A DNA stretch of 64,000 bases, from contig CM000433.1 of assembly GCA_000165345.1 (NCBI GenBank), positions 608,001 to 672,000 of the forward strand, in the 5' to 3' direction. The translations under genes were made by a program, and so were the position numbers. The notes below the pieces were generated by a model, which was not told the origin of the DNA, ran no database searches, and saw only the letters and a program-made list of their open reading frames with translations. Below, one piece after another: positions 34,732 through 46,090 of the stretch; position 1 is the stretch's first letter, and each line of letters starts with the position of its first letter.

Positions 34732-37506
34732 TTAGCCTTTATTATCAGATAAACCTAAACTGGTTTGCTTACATAAACTAATCCACTCTTTATCACTTAT
34801 CTGGGAAGTCAGCCTACGCTCACTTTTCTCCTTTGGATCCGTATTAACCTTAGAGGTGTTATTTACTTGCTTTTTATCACTTTCGCTGATGTTATCATTT
34901 TCTGCTTCACCGTTTTCTGCTTCTCCATTTTCTGCTTCTCCGTTTTCTGCTTCTCCATTTTCTGCTTCTCCATTTTCTGCTTCTCCGTTTTCTGCCTCTC
35001 TATCTTCTGCTTCACCGCTTTCTGCTTTTCTATTTTCTGCTTCTCTATCTTCTGCTTCACCGCTTTCTGCTTTTCCATTTTCTGCTTCTCTATCTATCTC
35101 TTCTTCTCGATCTTCTATTCTCGAAGGTTCATCACATTTAGTTTCTATAATATCATAAAGTTGCTCCAACTCCTCATGAAGTTCTTCAAGCTCCTCTTGT
35201 TGTCTATCACATTGGTCTTCAAGACCTTTAATCACTTTCTGGAATGCTCTAATTTCTCTATCATGCTGTATAATATCATTATCCAGGCGTTGAGCCATCA
35301 TCGCAAAAAATCCAATATAAGGCTCTGGAGCTCTTCTTCCATATGACTTTAATGGTCTAATTAGCTCTCTTATTGAAAGGATTTCATTTCTATTTGCAAT
35401 ATAAGGATCAGGGAAATCTTCTAAATGTCTTAAAATTTCATTCACTTGTTCCCTACTTAACAATCCATCCATATTACCACTCATTTCATTATGATTATTT
35501 CTACCTTTAGAATTTAAAGCTAATACGGTATCTGATTCATTCTCAACTTTATTTCCACTATTCAAATCACGTCCTGAGAAAATCCCAAGTCCAAGACTTG
35601 TTAATTCTTTTTCTATTTGGAATACATAGTTATTCTCATTTGATAGATGTAAACTTTCAATTTCTGTATCTTCTATTTCATTATATACTATTCTTCCATC
35701 TTCCTTTGAATTCTGCTGATAACTACTTTTTGAGAAAGTTAGTAAATGTTTCTTTAATCTATGGTATATTCTTACCATTTCTTGAAGTTGATTAAGTAAC
35801 CTATTTTCATTATTTATTGACCTTTCCCATTGTTTATTTAGAATATATAACATTTGTATAATACCAATACTTAAGTATTCATTATTCAAATAATTTGATT
35901 TATAATCTTCTAAGTTTACCATAAATTCATAAGCATTTTCAAAGTAGTTTAACAAATATCTTGAAGAGTCATGATCATATTCTCTACTTAATTGAGATCC
36001 ATCCAAAATTTCTTCATCATATAGAATTTCTTCTACAATCCAAAGTTTTAATCTGACTAATGTGAATAAAAGTCTCTTGTTAATCATAAAAACTTGATCA
36101 ATACTTGATTTCATTCTATCTGAAAACTTTGAAGATCTTGATGTATTAATCACTGGAATTGAATCCATTGAATTCTTTTCTGTTGTTATATCTGAAAATG
36201 ACATGATTCTACTAGAATTCATTGAAGTTCTTTCAGATGCTGAACCTGCCATTTCAATCTTTTCTTTTAATATTGAAATTTGTTCATCAAGCTTTAATAA
36301 AAAATTCTTTTTTTCATTATATATATTCTCTTCATCTTCTTCTCCATTTTTTTCTAATCTATATATAATTTCATTAACTTCAGTTTTTAAAGGAGAAAAT
36401 ACCATCTTAATCTTATTTTCACTTGGACCAGAATAACCAATATTATTAGATTTCTTACCAATCTTTGAATTATTATTACTATTATTAGTGGAGTTATTAT
36501 TATTATTATTGCCATTATCGTTATTATTGTTATTTTCTAAATTCATATCTTCTAATAGTTGAACCTCCTCATCTACTAAATATTGTTTTATTAATATCAT
36601 TTTTGATTTAAAGTATATAAATCCATTCAATCTTACCATTATTCTCATCCAATTACGTTTATTATCAATTTGATTTTTATTAATATTGGTGATTACATTA
36701 CTATCACATTCGTAATCTTGATCTTCATTATTGAAATTATGGTCTAATTTCCCATATATATTATCTTGAGAGTCATTAACATTTCTTCCTAAATGATTAA
36801 CTCCAACCTTTAAATCACCAACAAATTTTTCTGTCTTATCATTAAATAGTACATGTCTTATATTACTTTTCACAGTTACTTTACTTGAATCAGAACTATT
36901 TGATGAGAGCTCATTATTAAACATTAACTCATCCTGAAGTGTTTTAACTTCTTTATTTCTAAATGTACAATCTGCCATAGATTCAATCCTTGATTGCATA
37001 TCAACTTCTGTCATAATATTATTTCCATCATTACAGCTTTCTAATTCTGCAATTCTTTGCTTAGAATTCTCCAATATATCTTTTAGTTCTGATATATCTC
37101 CATTTAATCTTGAAATTTCCTCCTTAAGAAATTCGATTTCTTCTTGATTTTTACGTATTATTTCTTTATCTGTTTGTGTTTTTTTTATTAATAACTCCTT
37201 TTCGTGAGTTGTTTCTTTTAATCTCTCTTTTAATGCATTCATAAAATGTTTCTGAGTTTCAGATTCATCTACTTTGTTTTTTAGCTCCAATAAAGTGCTT
37301 TCTGATATTAAAATAGTTGAATTATCCTTTCCTTTTAATGCTGATATATCGATATCAGCTTGAAAGTTTTTAATATCTGATAGACTACTAGTTCTATGTC
37401 CATTTATTCTACGAATTCTTCCACGAATCTCCTCCAGAGAAGCATCATCATAAACATTAGTTTTCATTCTTCTATCAAAAATCTCTTCTCTTGAATTTCT
37501 TCCCAT
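34732..37506 (-). CDS. Long coiled-coil protein (924 aa) with a C-terminal (E/K)AENG pentapeptide tandem repeat, an acidic tail and an internal poly-Asn tract
   Basis: The N-terminal 200 aa have heptad-like charged/hydrophobic periodicity (EEIEFLKEEISRLNGDISELKDILENSKQRIAELES). The C-terminus is REAENGKAESGEAEDREAENGEAENGEAENG..., encoded by a 15-nt tandem repeat at ~34868-35100. No enzymatic domain recognised. Confidence 0.6.
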   Translation of the reverse strand: MGRNSREEIFDRRMKTNVYDDASLEEIRGRIRRINGHRTSSLSDIKNFQADIDISALKGKDNSTILISESTLLELKNKVDESETQKHFMNALKERLKETTHEKELLIKKTQTDKEIIRKNQEEIEFLKEEISRLNGDISELKDILENSKQRIAELESCNDGNNIMTEVDMQSRIESMADCTFRNKEVKTLQDELMFNNELSSNSSDSSKVTVKSNIRHVLFNDKTEKFVGDLKVGVNHLGRNVNDSQDNIYGKLDHNFNNEDQDYECDSNVITNINKNQIDNKRNWMRIMVRLNGFIYFKSKMILIKQYLVDEEVQLLEDMNLENNNNNDNGNNNNNNSTNNSNNNSKIGKKSNNIGYSGPSENKIKMVFSPLKTEVNEIIYRLEKNGEEDEENIYNEKKNFLLKLDEQISILKEKIEMAGSASERTSMNSSRIMSFSDITTEKNSMDSIPVINTSRSSKFSDRMKSSIDQVFMINKRLLFTLVRLKLWIVEEILYDEEILDGSQLSREYDHDSSRYLLNYFENAYEFMVNLEDYKSNYLNNEYLSIGIIQMLYILNKQWERSINNENRLLNQLQEMVRIYHRLKKHLLTFSKSSYQQNSKEDGRIVYNEIEDTEIESLHLSNENNYVFQIEKELTSLGLGIFSGRDLNSGNKVENESDTVLALNSKGRNNHNEMSGNMDGLLSREQVNEILRHLEDFPDPYIANRNEILSIRELIRPLKSYGRRAPEPYIGFFAMMAQRLDNDIIQHDREIRAFQKVIKGLEDQCDRQQEELEELHEELEQLYDIIETKCDEPSRIEDREEEIDREAENGKAESGEAEDREAENRKAESGEAEDREAENGEAENGEAENGEAENGEAENGEAENGEAENDNISESDKKQVNNTSKVNTDPKEKSERRLTSQISDKEWISLCKQTSLGLSDNKG
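34868..35100. repeat. 15-nt tandem repeat (ttctgcttctccatt-like, ~15 copies) encoding EAENG repeats on the minus strand
   Basis: Direct reading of the sequence. Overlapping alternative-frame ORFs (FCFSIFCFS..., KQKIEKQK...) are repeat artefacts. Confidence 0.8.
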
Positions 37507-38383
37507 TATTAGATTTATATTTCAATTTTATAGTCAAATTTTACCCATTAATAAATTATTTCCAAGATTACTAGTACAAATCTTGATATTTCTTTAATAC
37601 CAGTTTGCTTTTAATGTTCTCAATTGACTTAAAGACAAAAATGAAAAGAGATTTTTTTTTTTTTTTTTTAAAAAAAAGGAGAGGAGATAGGGAGAGAGGA
37701 AGAAAGAAAAAAAAAAGGTCCAAATACTCTTTTTCTTCTTTCTATTTAATAAGCACAATCTATTATTCTTCAATTCATTTGTTTCTAACTCTTTAAACTA
37801 TTTTTTTTTCATATTCTCATTCCAATCTAAAGTCTAGTTTTTTTAGTCACACAAGCTATCTCCTTTTCTTTCTGAATATAAATTAATAGGTTAAATATGC
37901 ACTTATTTATATTCTTTTAATTATATTTCTACTTTAACTTGAAATTCCAAATTTTATTTCTTCTCTCTGAATATTTTACTCAGACGGTTAATTAATTAAA
38001 AATGCAATAATATGAAAAGAAAAAAGAATTCTTTTTTTCTTTTTTTTTTATACAATTACTTTTCCTTTTGCTTTTAATTGTAATTATATAATTAAAGATG
38101 TATTTATTTTTCATTATTTATTGTAAAGACACTTTCCCGCCTAAATTTTACATGTCATTGTCATGCATTATTTTATTAATTATAATTGAAAATTAACTAG
38201 ATAAATAATTCTTAAATACCTCTTTTTTTTTAAATTGTATTTTTTTTAGATAATTATTTAAATTAAAAACATTATGTGCTTTGACAAATTATTGAAGATT
38301 TATTGAATGTTAGGAAAAAAAAAGATATATTAAAAATAATACAATAAGATATATCAATATTAGAAAAACAAATAATCGCGCCC

Positions 38384-38395
38384 TGGCGCCAAAAT
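38384..38395. promoter_or_regulatory. E2F-like box ctggcgccaaaa in the 1.4-kb divergent promoter (coiled-coil gene / CCCH gene)
   Basis: Direct reading. The same region also contains ctttcccgcctaaa (38132-38145), a GA-rich tract (37675-37720) and an (ATT)n microsatellite (38630-38658). Confidence 0.45.
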
Positions 38396-38909
38396 TTCAA
38401 GTAAAAGTAAAATAATATTGTAAAAATACGACAAGGAGTAAATAAAAGTGTGGGAAAGTAAACGTCAAGTAAAATGAATAGTAATTTAAAGCTGCACATA
38501 TTTAATTATAATATATTTCACATATTAATAGTACATGAATTAGGTGTATGGAGAGAAGAAAATAAAATAGTATAGTTAATTATTAAGTAATAATAATAAA
38601 AATAATAATAACTGTTGTTTATCCTTAATACTATTATTATTATTATTATTATTATTAAATTAGTCTAGTGTTTTATTGCTAATATCTTTTTAATATTTTA
38701 ATAGGATAAAGTTATTGAAGATAATATTTTGTTGATTAGTTTTTCAAATTTTTAAAGAGATCATTGGCTATTGGCTTGAAAGAATAAATCAAAAAGTTGA
38801 TAATAGAAAGAAGAAGAAAAAAAGTTAATTTACAATAATTTTGACAAGTAATAATTAGAAAATAATAAATACATTTAAGTAAATAAATATAAGAATATTA
38901 GAAGAAAAA

Positions 38910-39980
38910 ATGGCATGCCCAAGATTGTTAAGCGATAATGATTTATGTAGATTTAGAACAAAACCTTGTAGAAGATCAAAGCAAATGGGATGTGATTTTG
39001 GAATTACTAGATGCCAATACTCACATAACATTTACTGGCCAAGAAGATGCCCTTTCTATCTCTCAAACCAAAGTACTATTAGGTATATCCCAGTTTTGTG
39101 TCCTGATATCATAATTAAAGAGGATGAGAGTTCAATTTCACATTGCAATAGAGGAGGAGGATGTCCTTTTGCTCATTCTTATGAAGAAATTAATTATCAT
39201 CCTTTAATGTACAAAACAAAGATATGCGAACAATTTCAACGTGGAGATTGTAATACTTATTATTGTCATTTAATTCATGGATTAGCTGAAAGGCGAGAAT
39301 CTAAAGTTTATTTGCTACCATATACGCAAAATGTTCAAGTTCCTAATTTTCCTGGTGTTGTAATAGCTAATAGAGTTAACAAACCGTTTGTTGCAAATAG
39401 CCAACTGAATTATCAGACACAAAAGTCTTTAGTTAATAATGAGAATATTTGTAATAATCATGAAAATGGTTTTATCATTAGGAGAAATAATTTTGAAAAT
39501 ATGATTTCTGATAAATGGAGTGAAAGAATTTTTTCTCAAAATAATAATGGTGATGATTTTTGGAAATCTACTGAAAATGACGAGCTAACTACAATGGATT
39601 CTATTTCTAAATCAGAATCTGAAAATAATAACTGTGAAAATATGAAATCATCAAAATTGGTTACTAAAACACCTGCACCACATGCTTTAAATAGAATAGA
39701 AAATGATAAATCTGTCCAAGAAAAAATGAGAAATGAAAATATTCTCAATGTCTTTAGAGCATTTGTACTAGAAGATAATGATATCTTATCAGTTTCTAAT
39801 GATAATTGTAGAGTCCAAGCAATTAATTCTACACTTTCTAATAACAAAATCCAACAATTAAAAGTTAGAAACGAAAACCTTCAGACTCAAGAACATAGTA
39901 AAAGTTTTAATCACATAATTGAGGACTCTGAGATTATTAAGAATAATGAAAATTCAAATACAAGCAATTTTTTCGATTAA
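38910..39980 (+). CDS. CCCH-type (C3H1) zinc-finger protein
   Basis: The N-terminal 130 aa contain several C-x(6-8)-C-x(4-6)-C-x3-H spacings (CRFRTKPCRRSKQMGCDFGITRCQYSH; CNRGGGCPFAHS; KICEQFQRGDCNTYYCHLIHG). The remainder is a low-complexity Asn/Ser-rich tail. Confidence 0.7.
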   Translation: MACPRLLSDNDLCRFRTKPCRRSKQMGCDFGITRCQYSHNIYWPRRCPFYLSNQSTIRYIPVLCPDIIIKEDESSISHCNRGGGCPFAHSYEEINYHPLMYKTKICEQFQRGDCNTYYCHLIHGLAERRESKVYLLPYTQNVQVPNFPGVVIANRVNKPFVANSQLNYQTQKSLVNNENICNNHENGFIIRRNNFENMISDKWSERIFSQNNNGDDFWKSTENDELTTMDSISKSESENNNCENMKSSKLVTKTPAPHALNRIENDKSVQEKMRNENILNVFRAFVLEDNDILSVSNDNCRVQAINSTLSNNKIQQLKVRNENLQTQEHSKSFNHIIEDSEIIKNNENSNTSNFFD

Positions 39981-40169
39981 TTAATAATTAGATTTAATTT
40001 ATCCTAGCCTTTTCAAAAACATGTATTATTAATTACTCTATTTCTAAAACCGTTAAAAAAAAAGTGAGGGGCGGGGGGAGCATGCATTTGAATCCCTGCT
40101 TTTGCAAATTTAATGAAAATAATTCAAATCTTTTTTCCCCTACTCCCTCTACTCCCTCGCTATCCAACT

Positions 40170-42101
40170 CTATTCCAAATGAAACTTCAGCTTCTGTGTG
40201 TTACCAACAAATATATAATGCGACGGAAATTCTCCGTGCTCATTTAATCCTGGACACCAAACTTCTATTGTTGGAAATGCCATATTTGCATGTGGACGAT
40301 TTGGTTGCATGTCTTCCATACCGACATTATTATCCTCATGCACCGCTCTAATATGTACAATTCCTGCCATTGAGGAGATTGGCGCGCATGTTGAATTTTT
40401 TGCATGGCATATTCCCGCAATAGTATTCACAAGATTTTTTAAAGGTTTATTATATGGAAGAATTTGAGCTTGATTATCAATCATAGATACATCTTGGTCA
40501 GCAGGTAGAGCTGATGCAGGTAAAGATGCAATCTGTAGTTCAACTAGATGGCACCAAGTACTTGAAACAAGTGTACTAGTATTAATTAGTGACTTGCCAT
40601 CATCTCCCATAGGTATTACTTTGAGATTAATTGTATGAGGTTTGAGCGGGAATTCGGGGGTTCCAAAAAAATAAGATTTTAAACATTCTCTTCTAATTTC
40701 AGCAAGCCTTTGCGAGGTGATACTGATAACTCCGTCAGACTTTGAGACTCCAACAACAGAAATCTTTGGTAGTTTTTCAAACTGCTTTTCAATATTTAGT
40801 TTATTAATATCAATTTCCTGATCAGAGCTTGAGTTATTTGCATTTCCTGACTCTTCTAAATGTTGTTTTTCTAAGATTTCATAGCTTTGGGGTTCCTTAT
40901 AGTCATATTGATCTGATAAATAGTGTTGGGTACTTGGATCGTCCATTACTACCACGACATCAATGTTGAAAATAGAAATAAGTTCTTTTAAAAGGTCATT
41001 TGATGGCTGAAATGGAGCGTTTAATATAAATCCTGAAGCTTGAGAGTTTGTATCTTGAATGTTTTGACTCCTAAGCGATATTGCACCACTTAGAAGCCTA
41101 CACAGGTATAAATATAATTGAAGGTCATCTGTTACATTTAAATGACCAAAAAAGAATGAAAGAGGATTTCTTAACTCTTTGCTGTGAAGAAAAAATTCAT
41201 TAACTTTTATTGCTCCAATTGTTCCAGCTGGAAACTGCATATTTTCTTTATCCGTAGATCCTCTCGGATCTAAATCTATAAATAAAGGTGTATACCCTCT
41301 TCTTGCTGCATAATTACAAAGAATCTGACACAAGGTAGATTTACCTGAATTAGATGATCCTGTTACCATAACTCTTGGGCCTAAAGTCCCATGAAGCTTT
41401 GAAAAATTTCTCCTGTTATCCAATACTTGAATAACTTCCATATACTCTTTCATACTTTTATTCACACTTTCATATTCTTGCTGAACTAATCCTCTAATTT
41501 GTAAAATACATCCATGCCAAGTATATATCGCAACTCTTGATAATGGAGCAATCTTCATATCAACATCTGGAGGAAGCTCAGCTCCAAATATTTCTGCTGT
41601 TGTCATTGCATTTGTCTGAGCTCCTCCACTTCCTGTCACAGCTCCTGCCCCTGATGATGATGAAGAGTAAAGTCTAATTGTGCAAGGCTGACTTGGATGA
41701 GCAATTATTCTCAATTCACTTCCTGCTTCAATCTTATAAGCTCTTACTTGAGACTTTGTCATTCCAACCCCTGGGCCCACATCTCCTCCAATTCCACCTC
41801 CTTGCCCTGACCCCAGTCCTCCCGTTCCTGCTCCTGTTCCTACTCCTATTCCAACTCCTGCTCCTATCCCTGTTCCAACTCCTTGTCCTAACCCTAGTCC
41901 AACTCCTAGTCCAGGAATAGCTCCAGAACTTGCTCCTACCCCAGAATTAAATCCTATTCCTGATGGTATTTCCATTTTACATTCTAAAGCGCTTAAAGAA
42001 ATAAATAATTCAAAATTTTCCTTGTAAATTGTTACTCTGACCGTAGAGCTGTAAATTTTGTGTAAATTCAAATTAAATGAGTAATATTTCCTTCCATTCA
42101 C
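40170..42101 (-). CDS. CLP1: Clp1-family polynucleotide 5'-kinase (pre-mRNA cleavage factor Clp1 / Grc3-like) with an N-terminal Gly-rich low-complexity insertion
   Basis: P-loop region VMVTGSSNSGKSTLCQILCNYAARRGYTPLFIDLDPRGS aligns with Clp1 [40 protein letters not shown]. A downstream ...FGHLNV... segment is consistent with the Clp1 central and C-terminal domains. Residues ~45-115 are a (G-[VLIAT]-G) repeat tract encoded at ~41760-41960. Confidence 0.75.
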   Translation of the reverse strand: MNGRKYYSFNLNLHKIYSSTVRVTIYKENFELFISLSALECKMEIPSGIGFNSGVGASSGAIPGLGVGLGLGQGVGTGIGAGVGIGVGTGAGTGGLGSGQGGGIGGDVGPGVGMTKSQVRAYKIEAGSELRIIAHPSQPCTIRLYSSSSSGAGAVTGSGGAQTNAMTTAEIFGAELPPDVDMKIAPLSRVAIYTWHGCILQIRGLVQQEYESVNKSMKEYMEVIQVLDNRRNFSKLHGTLGPRVMVTGSSNSGKSTLCQILCNYAARRGYTPLFIDLDPRGSTDKENMQFPAGTIGAIKVNEFFLHSKELRNPLSFFFGHLNVTDDLQLYLYLCRLLSGAISLRSQNIQDTNSQASGFILNAPFQPSNDLLKELISIFNIDVVVVMDDPSTQHYLSDQYDYKEPQSYEILEKQHLEESGNANNSSSDQEIDINKLNIEKQFEKLPKISVVGVSKSDGVISITSQRLAEIRRECLKSYFFGTPEFPLKPHTINLKVIPMGDDGKSLINTSTLVSSTWCHLVELQIASLPASALPADQDVSMIDNQAQILPYNKPLKNLVNTIAGICHAKNSTCAPISSMAGIVHIRAVHEDNNVGMEDMQPNRPHANMAFPTIEVWCPGLNEHGEFPSHYIFVGNTQKLKFHLE

Positions 42102-42715
42102 TAAACAATCATTATAATTTCAAATCCTTTATAATTCTATACTTAAGGCTTCCCCCTTCATCTCTCAAATTGCATATAAATATAAAAGCTTGTTGGCGCC
42201 AAAGCTTTACCTCTACAAAATAATAATACCCAGTATAAAAAGAAAGTAAAATAAAATTAAGTCAAAAATGGATTATTTTGGAATTTAATTTAATGATTTT
42301 TTTTAATAATTGTAAAAAAAAATTAATGTACTAGTGTTCTAATAAGGGAATATAAAGTCATTAAAATAGAAAGTGACAATAATATTTCTATTGATCCAAT
42401 TTCTATTAAAAAATTGGATTTTTCTATAAAACATATTTTGAAATTCTTAATTTAATCAAAGAAATAAAAAGGAATAATTTGCTTGTAATGATAAAATATA
42501 TATATATTTTAAGTGCCAGAATGCTTTAAAGTTTGTAATTGTAATAATATTTCCGAAGATTCAAATTGAAGAACTATTTCTTTTGATATTTCACTTTACA
42601 ATATACTCTACTTTAAACAAATAATAGAGAAATTGTAATGAAAATAATGTATTTCGATTAAAAACATATATATATATATATATATTGTATTTTTTCTCCA
42701 TCTTTTAATTACACT

Positions 42716-43756
42716 ATGAAAATTAATAATTGTGTTAATATATTACTTGGAAATGTGGGACTATGTAGCAATCTTAATGCTCACCATTTCAGGAAAATGG
42801 CTTTAAAATGTGATATAATATGTATATATCACAATTTTGAAGAATCTGATTTAAATTCTATTTTAGCCATTGGGAGAAATCCAACAAACCGTGTAAGTTA
42901 TAAAGATTTTTACAAAACTAGTTCAATATTGTTTGCACCATTTTTTAATAAGATAAAAAGGCTTTTCAAAAAGAATGTAAATAATATGTTTATGTGGTAC
43001 TCATATTTTCGTGGTAATATTTATTTGGAAAATACCTCGAGAATAATATTTGAGGTTCCTGATGGTTACAAACTTCAAAAACAAAGTATAGATTTTTGGG
43101 AATTTGATGTGGGAGGATGCTTCCTGAATTTTAGACGATTAATTCTTGCAAATGTTAATTTTACATATTTCTGTTCTATCAAAAAACAAATTTCTTGTAT
43201 CAAGTCTTTAAGATACTCCATTAAAGAAATTGTTTGGAAGAATTTTATAAGTGAGTTAATCTTCAACCCTCAAATCAAATTAAATAAAATAGAAGATGAA
43301 ACAGTCATTATAAACCTTAATGAAATAACTTCATTTATAATTTGCGGTAAATTCTCAAATTCCAATTTATCAAAAGATTTCCTGACTCTTTTTGGGCATG
43401 GAGAGCTTATTCCAATTGGTAGTAATTCCTTTCAATCAAATAACTGTAATTTTGACAATTATATTCTTAAAAGTATAGTATTTTCACGAGAAGATATTCT
43501 TTATTTTATTTCAGTATTCCCAGTTAATAAAGTTATTGGGCCTGATTTTAACAATTACTTGATTCCAAATCAATTCATCAGCATGTTTGAATTGCACCAT
43601 TCAAACTCCAATTTATTGTCTAATATCAATAAAATTCACTCCGGGAAAAGTTCTAGCCCAAAGTTTACAAAGTTCATTTTTTATGACAGTGTAAATATAA
43701 CCAAAACTTCTGTCGATCCTGAAAATAATACTCACTTGCAAGTTATATCCTTTTAG
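42716..43756 (+). CDS. Hypothetical 346-aa protein (Leu/Ile/Asn-rich; possible leucine-rich-repeat-like periodicity)
   Basis: A 1-kb open frame is improbable by chance in this AT-rich sequence. No recognisable catalytic motif. Weak L-x-x-L-x-L-x-x-N-like spacing in the C-terminal half. Confidence 0.45.
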   Translation: MKINNCVNILLGNVGLCSNLNAHHFRKMALKCDIICIYHNFEESDLNSILAIGRNPTNRVSYKDFYKTSSILFAPFFNKIKRLFKKNVNNMFMWYSYFRGNIYLENTSRIIFEVPDGYKLQKQSIDFWEFDVGGCFLNFRRLILANVNFTYFCSIKKQISCIKSLRYSIKEIVWKNFISELIFNPQIKLNKIEDETVIINLNEITSFIICGKFSNSNLSKDFLTLFGHGELIPIGSNSFQSNNCNFDNYILKSIVFSREDILYFISVFPVNKVIGPDFNNYLIPNQFISMFELHHSNSNLLSNINKIHSGKSSSPKFTKFIFYDSVNITKTSVDPENNTHLQVISF

Positions 43757-43924
43757 TTACTATATTTTTATTTTTAATTTAGCTTCTTCTAAATTTTCAT
43801 TTTAGCTCATTTTTCCTGCTTTTCTTCCTATTCCTCTTTTTTTTTCCTCCTCTTCGTCCTTCTCTTAGCACCCCACTCCCCCCCTTCAATATTTTACTGT
43901 ACACGTTACAAAAAAATGCCAAAC

Positions 43925-43951
43925 CGGCGCCATGGTTTTGTGGCGCCAAAA
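43925..43951. promoter_or_regulatory. Paired GGCGCC boxes (ccggcgccatgg ... tgtggcgccaaaa) upstream of the PP2C gene
   Basis: Direct reading, followed by tgcatga. Confidence 0.45.
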
Positions 43952-44378
43952 TGTGCATGAATTTATTTTTGAATCTATATATGTACAAAAAGTTAACTTA
44001 TGAGGATTACCATAATAAAACTAATTATAACTTAATTATTATTAGTTTTGAAAATAATTGATTAAGAGGAGTGTTCTGAAGCTCTTAATTAAATACTTAA
44101 TATATTTAATGAAGTATTTAATATAAATTAGTAAATTAATTAATCCAAATTACAATTAGTAATAGGAAACAATAATTTCAAATATTATTTTACAATAGTT
44201 GATTTATGAGGGCTTGAAAAAAGAAAGTGGTCAATAGACAAACATTCAAATAGATGTTTGTACTTTTATCTTGCACACTGAATAAAGCTTGAGATTTCAA
44301 ATATAGCTTTGAAATAATTTGCGAAATAATAATTGGGCTGTAAAAAAAATAGTTAAATAATTAAATAATAGCCAGAAG

Positions 44379-45764
44379 GTGGGATTTTTTTTTAAGTTGA
44401 ATAATAAGCCAAATCGAAGTTGGATATTATCTTATTTCTTTCTTATTCTCTTTAAAATTTTAGAGTTCATCTTAAAAATGTGGAATATTGCTAGCGAATT
44501 TATTTGTGGTTGTTTTCAGCAAGGAAGTTTTGCAAAGAAAATGCTAGAAGATACTGCCAAAGAGTTAGATATTACTAGAGCTGATGAACTTAGTTTCTTT
44601 GGCGCAGCAATTTCTTCCCAACATGAGTTAAAGCAACAGAAAAGTAGTATAAATGCAGATTCTTGGTTAGTTTCATGGAATTTACTCGGAATAGCTGATG
44701 GAGTATCTTCAGTAGAGTCTGAAGGATTTGATCCCAGTCAATTACCTTCAGAACTACTGAAGAATTGTGTTGAGCTCTGTAATATTAGAGAAAATAACAG
44801 AGTACAATTTGATTCAGCTTCGCAAAAAATATTCAATAAGAATTCGATTCCATTTCATTCATATGAATTCCTCAAACATATACTATGCAGATCTTGCTCA
44901 AATTGTGCTTCTTATGGATCTACAACTTGTTTACTATGTTTCCTTGATGGTAATCAACTTTGGGTGTCAAATGTGGGTGACTCTCAAATGATTGTTTTAA
45001 GACCATCAAAAAACGAGCCAAAAAATCTTCCACCAATACCATTCATTGAGAATCCAATAGAAAGGAAACCCATTACAGGAGATCCAAGAAGAAGATTACC
45101 ATCTAATATATCTGTTGGTGGATATGATATTACTGCTAGAAGTGAAGTTCAACAACATTTCTTTAATTGCCCGCACCAGCTTACTATTATGCCAGATATT
45201 AATTGCTCAAATGATGAAATTTTAAAGAGAGCTGCAAATGTGTCTCAGTCTTTTAGGGTTGATGTAAATCCAGGAGACTTGATAATTATTGGTACTGATG
45301 GGATATTTGATAATATTTTTGATGAAGATATTATTGATATTGTAAATCAAGCAAGAAAAAGGTATAATCGAGTTTTTGATGATAATCCTATCATGGTTTC
45401 AGATTTCATTGCCAAAGAATTACTTACTTATGCTTTAAAGGCTGCAAATAATGTTCCTTCAGGGTCAAGAGCTAGAGTAACACCTTTTAGTGAAGGAGCT
45501 TTGATTGATGTTAATAGACATATCGAGGGTGGTAAACCTGATGATATTACTGTAATTGTTGCCTTTGTTGCATATTCTGATAGGTTAAGTACAAGAATGT
45601 CAAATATTTCTCCTGAAATTTATAGTGGAACTTCATATTTGGGTAGTTCTGCAAAATTCAGTAATGATATGTCAACTTACATAATTAATGGTGAAAAGTA
45701 TTCGTATTCTTCTATCAGTGAGAGATTCTCAATTCTCGGAGGATTAACCTCAAAATATAAATAA
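44379..45764 (+). CDS. PP2C-family (PPM) Ser/Thr protein phosphatase
   Basis: PPM motifs in order: LLGIADGVSS (motif 1/2, metal-binding DG), LCFLDGNQLWVSNVGDSQMIVL (motif 5/6), LIIIGTDGIFDNIF (motif 8, DG) and GKPDDITVIVAFV (motif 11, DN/DD). The true start may be the internal Met at ~44477 (MWNIASE...). Confidence 0.7.
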   Translation: MGFFFKLNNKPNRSWILSYFFLILFKILEFILKMWNIASEFICGCFQQGSFAKKMLEDTAKELDITRADELSFFGAAISSQHELKQQKSSINADSWLVSWNLLGIADGVSSVESEGFDPSQLPSELLKNCVELCNIRENNRVQFDSASQKIFNKNSIPFHSYEFLKHILCRSCSNCASYGSTTCLLCFLDGNQLWVSNVGDSQMIVLRPSKNEPKNLPPIPFIENPIERKPITGDPRRRLPSNISVGGYDITARSEVQQHFFNCPHQLTIMPDINCSNDEILKRAANVSQSFRVDVNPGDLIIIGTDGIFDNIFDEDIIDIVNQARKRYNRVFDDNPIMVSDFIAKELLTYALKAANNVPSGSRARVTPFSEGALIDVNRHIEGGKPDDITVIVAFVAYSDRLSTRMSNISPEIYSGTSYLGSSAKFSNDMSTYIINGEKYSYSSISERFSILGGLTSKYK

Positions 45765-46090
45765 GCGGATTGAATATTGTGTATTTTCCTTGAAACAAGT
45801 ACTGGAAGGCCATGCATTATTTGGAAGTTATTTGATGTTTATACTTTAGAATTTTATGCTTTATAATAATGTTTTAAGCCTTTTAAGCTATTTTATTATT
45901 ATTTTGATTTGTTTTTTAATATTTATTGTTTGAAATGAAGAATTCAATTTGATATTTGATTTCCAAGGTAAAGTAGAAAAATCTGAATCATTAGTCCAGC
46001 ACTCAATTACCAAACTTCTACATTTATTTGGTCTAGTTAGACTTTTATCTTGTAACAGAAATTTGTCCTTAAATGTATTATTATATTCTC

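Noticed and set aside
34856-35346. ORFs encoding FCFSIFCFS..., SASPFSASPF... and KQKIEKQK... repeats
   Set aside because: Alternative frames and strand of the 15-nt tandem repeat that encodes the EAENG repeats at the C-terminus of the 924-aa coiled-coil protein. None has an independent start context or unique flanking sequence.
40064-40351. 95-aa plus-strand ORF (MRGGGSMHLNPCF...) overlapping the 3' end of Clp1
   Set aside because: Short, overlaps a well-supported conserved gene on the other strand, low-complexity N-terminus. Most likely noise in the convergent CCCH/Clp1 3' region, although it does contain a degenerate copy of the CATGTGGAC motif.
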